The notes under the pieces: generated by a model | The model's input: the letters and a program-made list of their open reading frames with translations, nothing else | The model's database searches: none | Told to the model about the DNA's origin: nothing | Origin: an uncultured Pseudomonadota bacterium | GTDB lineage: Bacteria > Bdellovibrionota_B > Oligoflexia > Oligoflexales > CAIYRB01 | Assembly: GCA_903928445.1 (NCBI GenBank) | Contig: CAIYRB010000060.1 | Location: 16,875 to 80,874 of the forward strand | Reading direction: 5' to 3' | Length of the DNA: 64,000 nucleotides | Shown: one piece after another, positions 1 through 7,686 of the stretch | Layout of the letters: the number at the start of each line of letters is the position of its first letter | How positions within the stretch are numbered: position 1 is the first letter of the stretch | Translations under genes and position numbers: made by a program

Positions 1-181
1 ATTCGCCGATCCTTTGGCCTCGAGCGGTGGGAACAAGATCCAGCTTGTAGCGCTCACCGATGACCTGGCCGCCCCACGGGGTCCTGGTCAACGGCGTGAA
101 GTTGTTTGGACTAAGCAAGATCGGCGAGCGTAGCCAATCCGGCGCCATGCCACTGCCAGCACTCACAGGCCCCTTACTCAT
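1..181 (-). CDS. Partial CDS (N-terminus only; gene continues off the window start). Cupin-type mannose-6-phosphate isomerase-like: MSKGPVSAGSGMAPDWLRSPILLSPNNFTPLTRTPWGGQVIGERYKL...
   Basis: Minus-strand ATG at 181 overlaps the gmhA TGA as TGATG. The PWGGxxIxERYKL N-terminal motif resembles type I PMI/cupin. Not in the ORF track because it is incomplete. Confidence 0.3.
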   Translation of the reverse strand, partial: MSKGPVSAGSGMAPDWLRSPILLSPNNFTPLTRTPWGGQVIGERYKLDLVPTARGQRIGE

Positions 182-780
182 CAGGCAGCTCCAGGCGCGA
201 ACAAGCTCTTTTCGCAGCACTCAATCAGGATATGAATGACCTTGATATGCAGCTCCTGGACGCGGTCTGAGTAGGGGGTCGCACTGGGCGTGCAGATGGT
301 TAGATCGGCCAGAGCACTTAGCTTGCCCTGACTTTTTCCTGTCAAAGCAATCACTTTGACACCACGTTGGCGCGCAGCAGTGGCTGCGGCTAAGACGTTT
401 GGACTAGAGCCCGAAGTGCTGATGGCAAAGAGAACGTCACCCGGGCGACCATGCGCCGCAATAAACCTGGAAAAGACCTGGTCAAAGCCGAAGTCGTTGG
501 CTGCACAGGTGAGGTGAGCTGGATCGCTGATGGCCAGGGCCGGAAGGGGGGCCCGCTCCTGGCGGAATTTACCAGAAAGCTCCTCGGCGAAATGCATGGC
601 GTCGCACATCGAGCCACCGTTGCCACAGCTATAGACGTGGCCTCCAGACTTAAAGGTCTGCACCAGCAAGTCGGCGGCGGCGGCGATTTGCCTCAGCGTC
701 GGGGCGTTCTTTTGCAGATCGCTTAGCGCCGCCTGAGCGCTCGCGAGTGCGGCGTTGATCGGATCAAGATATTCCTGCAT
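181..780 (-). CDS. gmhA: SIS-domain phosphoheptose isomerase (GmhA/DiaA-like), ~200 aa
   Basis: The ORF 181..960 contains the motif SCGNGGSMCDAMHFAEELSGKF and a VLFAISTSGSSPNV SIS fold. The likely true start is the ATG at 780 (MQEYLDP...), giving the ~200 aa typical of GmhA. Upstream residues in the track ORF are probably not translated. Confidence 0.7.
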   Translation of the reverse strand: MQEYLDPINAALASAQAALSDLQKNAPTLRQIAAAADLLVQTFKSGGHVYSCGNGGSMCDAMHFAEELSGKFRQERAPLPALAISDPAHLTCAANDFGFDQVFSRFIAAHGRPGDVLFAISTSGSSPNVLAAATAARQRGVKVIALTGKSQGKLSALADLTICTPSATPYSDRVQELHIKVIHILIECCEKSLFAPGAA

Positions 781-868
781 GGACCGTTCCCCCTTGTTTT
801 CTGAGATTACACTAGAGTGGCCGAGGGGTAAAACATCGGCTATAAGGTCAGCAAAGGGAGGGTCTAAA

Positions 869-1363
869 ATGGTCCAGCAAACGAGCATTGCCACCTTTGC
901 CGGCGGCTGTTTTTGGGGTGTGGAAGAACTTCTTCGGGACCACCCGGGAGTGACGTCCACGCGCGTCGGCTACACCGGCGGCGATTTAGTCAACCCCCGC
1001 TACGAACAGGTCAAGACCGGAACCTCCGGCCACGCCGAAGCGATCGAGGTACACTTCGATCCAAAGCGTCTGAGCTACCCTGATCTGCTGCGCTTCTTCT
1101 TTCGCTTGCACGACCCGACCACCCTCAACCGCCAAGGCAACGACCGCGGCAGCCAATACCGCTCGACGATCTTTTGCCATGATGACGCGCAACGGCAAGC
1201 AGCGGTGGCCGTGATCGCTGAGATCAACGCCTCGGGCAAATGGCCAAACCCGGTCGTCACCCAGGTGGTCCATGCCTCGACCTTCTACCCGGCGGAAGAC
1301 TACCACCAGAAATACCTAAGCAAAAATCCCGGCGGCTACACCTGCCACTTCGTCCGCGATTGA
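869..1363 (+). CDS. msrA: Peptide methionine sulfoxide reductase MsrA
   Basis: ATFAGGCFWGVEE active-site motif. ATG at 869 is preceded by AAAGGGAGG. The track ORF start at 755 is upstream of this RBS. Confidence 0.9.
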   Translation: MVQQTSIATFAGGCFWGVEELLRDHPGVTSTRVGYTGGDLVNPRYEQVKTGTSGHAEAIEVHFDPKRLSYPDLLRFFFRLHDPTTLNRQGNDRGSQYRSTIFCHDDAQRQAAVAVIAEINASGKWPNPVVTQVVHASTFYPAEDYHQKYLSKNPGGYTCHFVRD

Positions 1364-1429
1364 CCCGTCCGCAGTGGGTGGGTAAACTTGCGACCACACG
1401 ATTCTTTGCTGATCACATGGGCGACCCCA

Positions 1430-1753
1430 ATGGCTTACAAAAAATTCCTTGTCGACAACACCACCTGCTCGCGTCGCTACCACATCACCTATAACGACCA
1501 GGAACATGCGGTCGCGTCCACGAGCATCAAGTGCCAGCAATGCGGTGTCACCATTTTTAGCGCCACCAATCACCCCAAGGTGTCCTTGGCACGCGAGGAG
1601 AATCTGACCAAGACCTCCCAGCTCGCCGACATCCTCGTCAGCGACTGTTCTTTTGAAGACAGCCTGTCGCAGCGCACCATCCCAGGCCGCAAGGATCAAG
1701 ACTGCCACGTCTATCCAAGTCACGTCGTCCCCGTTACCAGACCTGGTCACTGA
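1430..1753 (+). CDS. Small Cys-rich hypothetical protein, possible zinc ribbon (CSRR...CQQCG...DCSF...DCHV)
   Basis: High GC3 codon usage in the + frame; the opposite-strand ORF 1316..1765 has poor composition. The stop TGA overlaps the ATG of the next gene as ATGA, suggesting coupling. The alternative start at 1388 is also possible. Confidence 0.45.
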   Translation: MAYKKFLVDNTTCSRRYHITYNDQEHAVASTSIKCQQCGVTIFSATNHPKVSLAREENLTKTSQLADILVSDCSFEDSLSQRTIPGRKDQDCHVYPSHVVPVTRPGH

Positions 1754-2418
1754 TGAAGCGCGCAAGCTCTGGCCACATCGTCATCATCGACCCTGCGATG
1801 CGGGCTCCTGAGCTGGCCTCGCTCAACCGCATCGCCTTGGCCTCGCCCCTTCCCGTCACCTACCATCTGCCCGCTCTGTTTGGTATGGCATCGCTGCTGC
1901 AACAGGATGTGGCCACGGCGCGCGGAGTGATCGTCCTTGGCAGCGCCTCCAGCGTCAATGATCGCCTGGAATGGCAGCTTGCCTTGGAGGCATGGTTAAG
2001 GCCACACCTCGACCAGGGCATGCCGACACTCGGCATCTGTTACGGCCATCAGATGCTCGCCCATCTCTTTGGTGGACGCGTCACCTATATGTTTGCCGAC
2101 CAGCGCAAGCATGTTGGACTCCGCCAAGTCAGCATCGACGCGACGCCGTGGTCACCAAAGATGGACGGCGCCATCGCCGTGTCGCATAACGAACACGTCG
2201 CCGCAGTGCCAGACTGCATGCGCGTGATTGCTCGCAGCAACGACGTCGCCGTCGACGGCCTCGCCCATGCGACGCTACCGATCTGGTCCTTTCAATCGCA
2301 TCCCGAAGCCACCCCGGTGTTTTTTGCCGACCGCAAGATCGACATGGTGGATCATGTTCTGGGCTTTGGTCACGATCTGGTCGACCGTTTTATCCGCTTT
2401 GCCGCCGCCCGTTCCTAG
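1753..2418 (+). CDS. Class I glutamine amidotransferase-like protein
   Basis: GICYGHQ nucleophile-elbow motif and downstream His in a GATase1-type arrangement. Confidence 0.7.
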   Translation: MKRASSGHIVIIDPAMRAPELASLNRIALASPLPVTYHLPALFGMASLLQQDVATARGVIVLGSASSVNDRLEWQLALEAWLRPHLDQGMPTLGICYGHQMLAHLFGGRVTYMFADQRKHVGLRQVSIDATPWSPKMDGAIAVSHNEHVAAVPDCMRVIARSNDVAVDGLAHATLPIWSFQSHPEATPVFFADRKIDMVDHVLGFGHDLVDRFIRFAAARS

Positions 2419-2556
2419 TCCATCCGTGGCCCTAGGCCCGGTGTGGACAGCCGCCATACTGGGCACCTTCGCCAGGGTTGTAGGCAAAAAGCGCCCGGTC
2501 TAAAAATTTTATTCCTTTAATTCCAACTACTTATCTAAAATGACGACGGATCAGCC

Positions 2557-2583
2557 TAAACTCCTTGCCGCCCTGGTCGATGA
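2557..2583 (+). promoter_or_regulatory. Candidate sigma-28 (FliA) promoter for the flagellin gene: TAAA-N15-GTCGATGA
   Basis: TAAA at 2557-2560, then 15 nt, then GTCGATGA at 2576-2583, which matches the GCCGATAA consensus at 6 of 8 positions. It lies ~55 nt upstream of the AGGAGG RBS and ATG at 2641. Confidence 0.35.
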
Positions 2584-2640
2584 GTCCCTCAGGAACACAT
2601 GATGTCGTTCCGCAGGAATTAATGACAGGAGGTCAGCGTT

Positions 2641-3573
2641 ATGGGTTTGCGTATCCGGACCAACATTGCGTCTTTGACAGCGCAACGCAGGTTAGGGAGT
2701 TCCACTGAGGCCTTACAAGCCTCTGGAAACAAGCTCGCTTCTGGCGAGCGAATCAACAAAGCAGCGGATGATGCCGCGGGCTTGGCAATCTCGGAGAACC
2801 TGCGCGCTGACGTGCGCTCTCTGAACATGGCCAAGCGCAACACACTCGATGGTGTGTCGCTGGTGCAAACGGCAGAGGGCGGTCTCATGGAGACCACCAA
2901 CATGCTGGTGCGCTTGCGGGAATTGGCGGTGCAAGCCGCCTCCGACACCATCGGCACGAAGGAACGCGGATTCCTCGACCAGGAGTACCAGTCGCTCAAA
3001 AGTGAGATCGACCGGATCGCCAGCTCGACGGAATTCAACGGGACGCGTTTGCTGGTCGGCACGACACAGATCGCTGACGACATGCACAAGGGCGAGAATC
3101 AGTTCCCGCTCGAAGTCCAGGTAGGTAAAGATTACTACCGCGAAACGGACTCGCTCGAGAACAAAGCCACCGTCAACATCATTCGCCTCGATCTAAACAA
3201 CATCAATGGCTTCTCCACCGGCGAGAACTCCCTGATGTTGGACAAGACCATGGCCGGTGAAGACGTCGCTGGGATCTCCGAGAAGCACGATGCTCAGCTG
3301 AGTATCGGCCGCCTCGACGAAGCCATCACCACGGTTAACAGCTACCGCGCTTATCTCGGCGCTGTGCAAAACCGGATGACCTCGACGATCGCTAACTTGG
3401 GCGTGCAAACCGAGAACTTGGATACGGCGCGTAGCCGGATTCGCGACACGGACTTTGCTGCTGAAACAGCAGAGTACACCAAGTCGAAGATCCTGCAGCA
3501 GGCTGGCACCTCGATCTTGGCGCAAGCCAACCAACAGCCTCAAGTGGCTCTTGGCCTACTACAGAACTTGTAA
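2641..3573 (+). CDS. fliC: Flagellin (short ~310 aa form; conserved D0/D1 N- and C-terminal helices, small variable region)
   Basis: MGLRIRTNIASLTAQRRL... N-terminus and ...QNRMTSTIANLGVQTENLDTARSRIRDTDFAAETAEYTKSKILQQAGTSILAQANQ C-terminus are canonical flagellin. AGGAGG sits 8 nt upstream of the ATG. Confidence 0.93.
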   Translation: MGLRIRTNIASLTAQRRLGSSTEALQASGNKLASGERINKAADDAAGLAISENLRADVRSLNMAKRNTLDGVSLVQTAEGGLMETTNMLVRLRELAVQAASDTIGTKERGFLDQEYQSLKSEIDRIASSTEFNGTRLLVGTTQIADDMHKGENQFPLEVQVGKDYYRETDSLENKATVNIIRLDLNNINGFSTGENSLMLDKTMAGEDVAGISEKHDAQLSIGRLDEAITTVNSYRAYLGAVQNRMTSTIANLGVQTENLDTARSRIRDTDFAAETAEYTKSKILQQAGTSILAQANQQPQVALGLLQNL

Positions 3574-3622
3574 GCGTGAATGGTTAGGGTTTTTATGTCT
3601 GACTCCTGAGTCATTAATTTAG

Positions 3623-3648
3623 CGCGGGGGGAGGTTCCCTCCCCCCGC
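3623..3648. terminator. GC-rich hairpin (11-bp stem GCGGGGGGAGG/CCTCCCCCCGC, loop TTCC) between convergent fliC and glpQ; likely bidirectional terminator
   Basis: Perfect stem read directly from the sequence. It is flanked by A/T-rich sequence on both sides and lies between two convergent stop codons. Confidence 0.45.
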
Positions 3649-3681
3649 GATATATAAATGAAACAAGAGGATCTTATGCGC

Positions 3682-4599
3682 CTATCTGCGTCCCTTTAGC
3701 TTCAAATAGGCTATGAGTGCGGCTGGGTCATCGGTAATGATACCATCAACGTTTGCGGCCAAAAGCCAATCCCAGTCGGCGACCTCGTTGGCCGTCCATG
3801 GAATCACGCGTACATGAAGACGATGTGCCTCGGCGACCGATTCAGCGGTCAACCAGTCCATCATCGGCGATAGCACAGCAGCGCTTGTTGCCTGAATCAG
3901 GCCGGGCCAAAATGGAAAATTTTCACCGATCAATGGAATCAAAGGGATCTTCGACGCCAATCGATGCACAGCAGTAAGCGTCCTATAATCAAACGACTGG
4001 ACGCTGACCCGGTCGCTAAGCCCATGCTTTGCGATCACCTGCACGAGCAGCTTGGCGAATTCCTCGGGCGTCACGCTTTGCTCAGGAAACCGCGGGACGA
4101 TCTTTGTCTCAATGTTGAAGCGAACCCGCCGCGCCTTACTGGATGGGGAAGCAGCGACCATGGCAAAGAGTTGTTCGAGGCTGGGTATAAACGTTCCTGG
4201 CACCGGCACTTGGCGGGGAAAATGCGGATGCTTCAAGCTGCCACAGTCGTAAGCTTGAACCTCTGCCAACGTCAGTTGGTGGATGCGCACGTGGTCGCCG
4301 ACTGGCTTGCCCCCTGGGGCCAAGCACAGGACCTGCGAGATCAGCGGGTCATGGGAGATCACCAGTTGTTGATCCTTGGTGACCTGGATATCGAGCTCGA
4401 GCGTATCCACTCCAGCCTCGATCGCATAACTAAACGCCGGCAGCGTATTCTCTGGCCTCAAGGCCCTGGCTCCGCGGTGTCCTTGCACTTCGATCCGCGT
4501 CGGCTGCACCGGTGCGGCCGCGGCTTGCAGCCAAGTTAAGCACGCAGCAAGTAGCGCTATACGCAGCCCTTGCATGAATGTGTTGCTTAGTCTCCGCAT
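3682..4599 (-). CDS. glpQ: Glycerophosphodiester phosphodiesterase (GlpQ/UgpQ family), secreted
   Basis: HRGARALRPENTLPAF and ELDIQVTKDQQLVISHD GDPD motifs. N-terminal signal peptide. Confidence 0.85.
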   Translation of the reverse strand: MRRLSNTFMQGLRIALLAACLTWLQAAAAPVQPTRIEVQGHRGARALRPENTLPAFSYAIEAGVDTLELDIQVTKDQQLVISHDPLISQVLCLAPGGKPVGDHVRIHQLTLAEVQAYDCGSLKHPHFPRQVPVPGTFIPSLEQLFAMVAASPSSKARRVRFNIETKIVPRFPEQSVTPEEFAKLLVQVIAKHGLSDRVSVQSFDYRTLTAVHRLASKIPLIPLIGENFPFWPGLIQATSAAVLSPMMDWLTAESVAEAHRLHVRVIPWTANEVADWDWLLAANVDGIITDDPAALIAYLKLKGRR

Positions 4600-4608
4600 C
4601 GTCCACCG

Positions 4609-4637
4609 CCTTTGAGCTAAAAGCTATAGCTCAAAGG
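4609..4637 (-). terminator. Hairpin (10-bp stem CCTTTGAGCT/AGCTCAAAGG, 9-nt loop) ~55 nt downstream of the META-domain lipoprotein gene
   Basis: Perfect inverted repeat seen in sequence. It lies between the lipoprotein gene end and the glpQ start on the minus strand. Confidence 0.3.
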
Positions 4638-4690
4638 GGTAACGAGTGGGAGGCGGCGGAGTCATTCTTAACTACAAAATAACCCTGTCT

Positions 4691-5188
4691 TTACGACGCC
4701 CGACGCGTGAAGCGCAGCGTATCCCCGGCCTCAGTCTTAATGACCAGGCTTTGCGCCTCAAGAACATAGGACTTCCAAGCTAAGCTGGGTAGATCGATCG
4801 CTGGAGACGGTTCGGGAAAACAGGCCATCTTGGTGCTCACCAAGGCCCAACCGGGGCTCTTGTTGATCAGGCCATCGGTGCCAAAAACGAATCGCGACGG
4901 TGCTCCAGAGATGCCGATCCCGCCGAAGTGATTGCAGCCGTCCGAGCCACCAACATTTTCACGATCGATGCGGAGGTAGCCAAAATGGCCGGCCTGCACC
5001 CATTCTGTCCCGACCAGAGAGGGAATCGTTGTACTTGGTCTGACTGATGAATCGTCAGACGCAGTCGCCACCTTGCTCGCGGTATGTGTGCTGCCGCAAC
5101 CACTCCCTGCCAATGTAAGGGTACACACTGACAGGACACTCAAGATGATTTGCTTTGCCACTTTATCGGCGCCGTTTAAATGCCACAT
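4691..5188 (-). CDS. META-domain (HslJ-like) lipoprotein
   Basis: LAGSGC lipobox. HFGYL and GCNHFGG motifs are typical of META/DUF306 proteins. ATG at 5188 is preceded by an AAGGGGGA RBS. The track start at 5209 is a TTG. Confidence 0.6.
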   Translation of the reverse strand: MWHLNGADKVAKQIILSVLSVCTLTLAGSGCGSTHTASKVATASDDSSVRPSTTIPSLVGTEWVQAGHFGYLRIDRENVGGSDGCNHFGGIGISGAPSRFVFGTDGLINKSPGWALVSTKMACFPEPSPAIDLPSLAWKSYVLEAQSLVIKTEAGDTLRFTRRAS

Positions 5189-5241
5189 TATAAAATCCCC
5201 CTTGGTCAAGGTTCACAGACTAAATCGGCGGGATCGTATCA

Positions 5242-5289
5242 CTAAATAGTCCCTGGCGCGAAAGAGAATTCGCGCCAGGGACTATTTAG
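5242..5289 (-). terminator. Perfect 21-bp inverted repeat (CTAAATAGTCCCTGGCGCGAA / TTCGCGCCAGGGACTATTTAG, 6-nt loop) 13 nt downstream of the amylase stop
   Basis: Exact reverse complementarity verified base by base. No U-tract follows. Position is consistent with an intrinsic terminator for the GH13 gene. Confidence 0.5.
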
Positions 5290-5301
5290 CGGCGGAAGGC
5301 C

Positions 5302-7479
5302 TCACTGTGCACACAAATGAGTTCCGTCCACCGCTGACAACGGCCCGACCATGGCAACAGGAACGTAGACCATCACGGAATTGGCTGGAATCCGCCGCGA
5401 CGCAAAGCTGAGTTCCCCAGCTGCATTGTTCTTAGGCACGGCCAAGTCGTGAGGATTCTCCAGGTTGGCGAAGGTGGCTTGACGATTCTCCACGGCTAGG
5501 TCGGGAATGGGTAGATCCTGCTCCGTGGTATTGATCAAGACCAAGGCTTCGTAGCTGCGGTGCAGGGGGTCAACCCGGGTAAAAGCCATAAATCCTGCAT
5601 TGTCCCCGGTGGACCAACGCCAGGTGATATCGCCCACGCGAAGCGGCTGACACGATTTGCGCAGCTTCAAGAACCGCCGCGCCGTCTTGTAAACAGCGTG
5701 ATCCCGATTCAAATATGGATCAACGCCGCCACCAAGATCGCCCGCTGCGGCAATGGTGCCAATGTGGGCTAGTGCGTTTATTTGCGGCAATGAGCTGCCT
5801 AAGCGAAACATCCCGCTGCGAAACATATCCTGCCGATAGTTGGCATCATTCTGGGCACTGCCCGGGCCAAAACAGCTCGGCTCAAGATCCTTTGCGTCAA
5901 CCGATGCGTCGACCGTGCCGCGCACGCAAGCGCCGTTAAAGCCCTGTTCCATCCCGTAATAAATCACCGGAATGCCTGGAGCGACTGCGAGGTAAGAAAG
6001 GGCAAGGCTGGACTTTTTCGCCGAATTATCGGCAAATCGCTGCCAGTCATGGATTTCAAGGACAGTTAAATTCAACCTCGGGTCGCCTTGACCAATCAGG
6101 TCTTGATAGTAAGAATCGTCGCGAAAGTAATGCTCAAGCACCTGCGACGAACGAACATTGTGCAACACATCGCGGGAGACTCCTGAATGCGCAAAGTCGT
6201 AGACGCCAGTAACACCAGGGTACGGAAAAGCAGGAAACTGCGCTGCCACTCTCCCCAGCGACTGGCCGCCTTGTGCTTGCGTTTCGACCCGGTGATGCCA
6301 AGACTGTGTGTTAATAGCTGGATTCATCCGGCCAAGATGCATTGAGATCGTCCGTGAACTGCCTGCCACCTCGGCTACGGTGTAAAAATGCGATTTACCC
6401 AGTGTGTTGGCATATTGGCGGATCTCTGTCGCGAAATAAGCGGAAAAGTCGGTGGTCGTATGCTTGACCGCGTCGAGCCGGAAGCCATCGACATCGGCAT
6501 AAGCGATCCAATACGCCATAAGGTTTTTGTAGATCGCTTGAAAATCGGCGTCCCTAGTGTTGAAATCCAGCATCTCGGCCGAGAAATCACCAAACCTGGC
6601 AAGAGGGCCCTCGCTGCGCATTTCCTCAAGAGAATTGGCACCACAGCGGTTTAAAAAGCGCTGCAGTTTGAAGGGAGGAAAAAAGGCCGACGAAAAGGTC
6701 AGCTCGTGCTGGTACGGCGAGGTGGCTTCGATGCCCCTAAGGTCAGCGGCGTCGAGGTCTGCGGCACACTGAGTATGATCCTGGCTCTGATGAACTTGAG
6801 CGTATTTGGTACCAGCATCACAGATATGATTGACCACGATATCGAGGACGACTCTAATCCCTCGCGCATGGGCTGCTGCTGTCAGCTTGAGCAAATCCTG
6901 AGACGTGCCAAAATCCGGATCGAGCTTGGTGAGGTCGGAGACGCAATAACCATGGTAAGCACCGCTGGCATTCATAAATATCGGTGTCAGCCACAGCGAG
7001 GTGATGCCTAAATCCGCAAGATAATCGAGCCTATTGGTGATCCCTTGGAGATCGCCGCCATGATGATATTCGCCGATACCGTGATTGCCATTGCTTACGC
7101 CTAGGCGCTGGCTGGGGGACACCACCCGAAGGTTGTTCGACGGATCACCGTCGTTAAAGCGGTCGACCATGATCTCATAAAAGATCTCGTTACCCCAAAA
7201 GTCTGGCGAGGGGAATCTCGAGCGACCGCTGCTCTTAAAGCTAAGCTCCGCATGTTTGATGCGCTGTTCTGACCAGAGGATGACTGCAGGCACACCGACC
7301 TTGGCGATGTCAGGCAATGTAGCGTCAGCGCTGGCGGTAGCACCCACACTTTCACTCACGGTGTTGGCAGTCGACCGACCACGGCATGAAATGAGACTCA
7401 TCACTACCCAAGCGACGATGATATTCACCCGCAGATGGATACTGGATTTGCTACTCTGGCGGCGCAAAAGATCGATCAT
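5302..7479 (-). CDS. Glycoside hydrolase family 13 alpha-amylase-like enzyme, probable lipoprotein/secreted
   Basis: LWLTPIF, VVLDIVVNH and GFRLDAVKH motifs match GH13 regions I and II and the catalytic-site context. N-terminal hydrophobic segment ends ...LISC. Confidence 0.85.
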   Translation of the reverse strand: MIDLLRRQSSKSSIHLRVNIIVAWVVMSLISCRGRSTANTVSESVGATASADATLPDIAKVGVPAVILWSEQRIKHAELSFKSSGRSRFPSPDFWGNEIFYEIMVDRFNDGDPSNNLRVVSPSQRLGVSNGNHGIGEYHHGGDLQGITNRLDYLADLGITSLWLTPIFMNASGAYHGYCVSDLTKLDPDFGTSQDLLKLTAAAHARGIRVVLDIVVNHICDAGTKYAQVHQSQDHTQCAADLDAADLRGIEATSPYQHELTFSSAFFPPFKLQRFLNRCGANSLEEMRSEGPLARFGDFSAEMLDFNTRDADFQAIYKNLMAYWIAYADVDGFRLDAVKHTTTDFSAYFATEIRQYANTLGKSHFYTVAEVAGSSRTISMHLGRMNPAINTQSWHHRVETQAQGGQSLGRVAAQFPAFPYPGVTGVYDFAHSGVSRDVLHNVRSSQVLEHYFRDDSYYQDLIGQGDPRLNLTVLEIHDWQRFADNSAKKSSLALSYLAVAPGIPVIYYGMEQGFNGACVRGTVDASVDAKDLEPSCFGPGSAQNDANYRQDMFRSGMFRLGSSLPQINALAHIGTIAAAGDLGGGVDPYLNRDHAVYKTARRFLKLRKSCQPLRVGDITWRWSTGDNAGFMAFTRVDPLHRSYEALVLINTTEQDLPIPDLAVENRQATFANLENPHDLAVPKNNAAGELSFASRRIPANSVMVYVPVAMVGPLSAVDGTHLCAQ

Positions 7480-7686
7480 TGGCAGCTAGAACCCTATGCT
7501 GAATGAACCAAGTTAGATCTTACAGCATAGTGACTTAAGATACTTGGTGCAAATGCCGAACGACCGGATGGCGCTTGACGATCGGAACAAAGCACAAAAA
7601 CCAAAGCGGATGCCTTGGTGAAAAACCAGGTCACCCGCAGGATCTGTTTAGCTAAGCTGAGTTAATGCCGAGGCAGCTGCGCCGTT

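Noticed and set aside
1316-1765. 149-aa minus-strand ORF opposite the small Cys-rich gene
   Set aside because: Composition is typical of a shadow ORF in a high-GC genome. The + strand frame has the strong GC3 bias and couples to the downstream gene.
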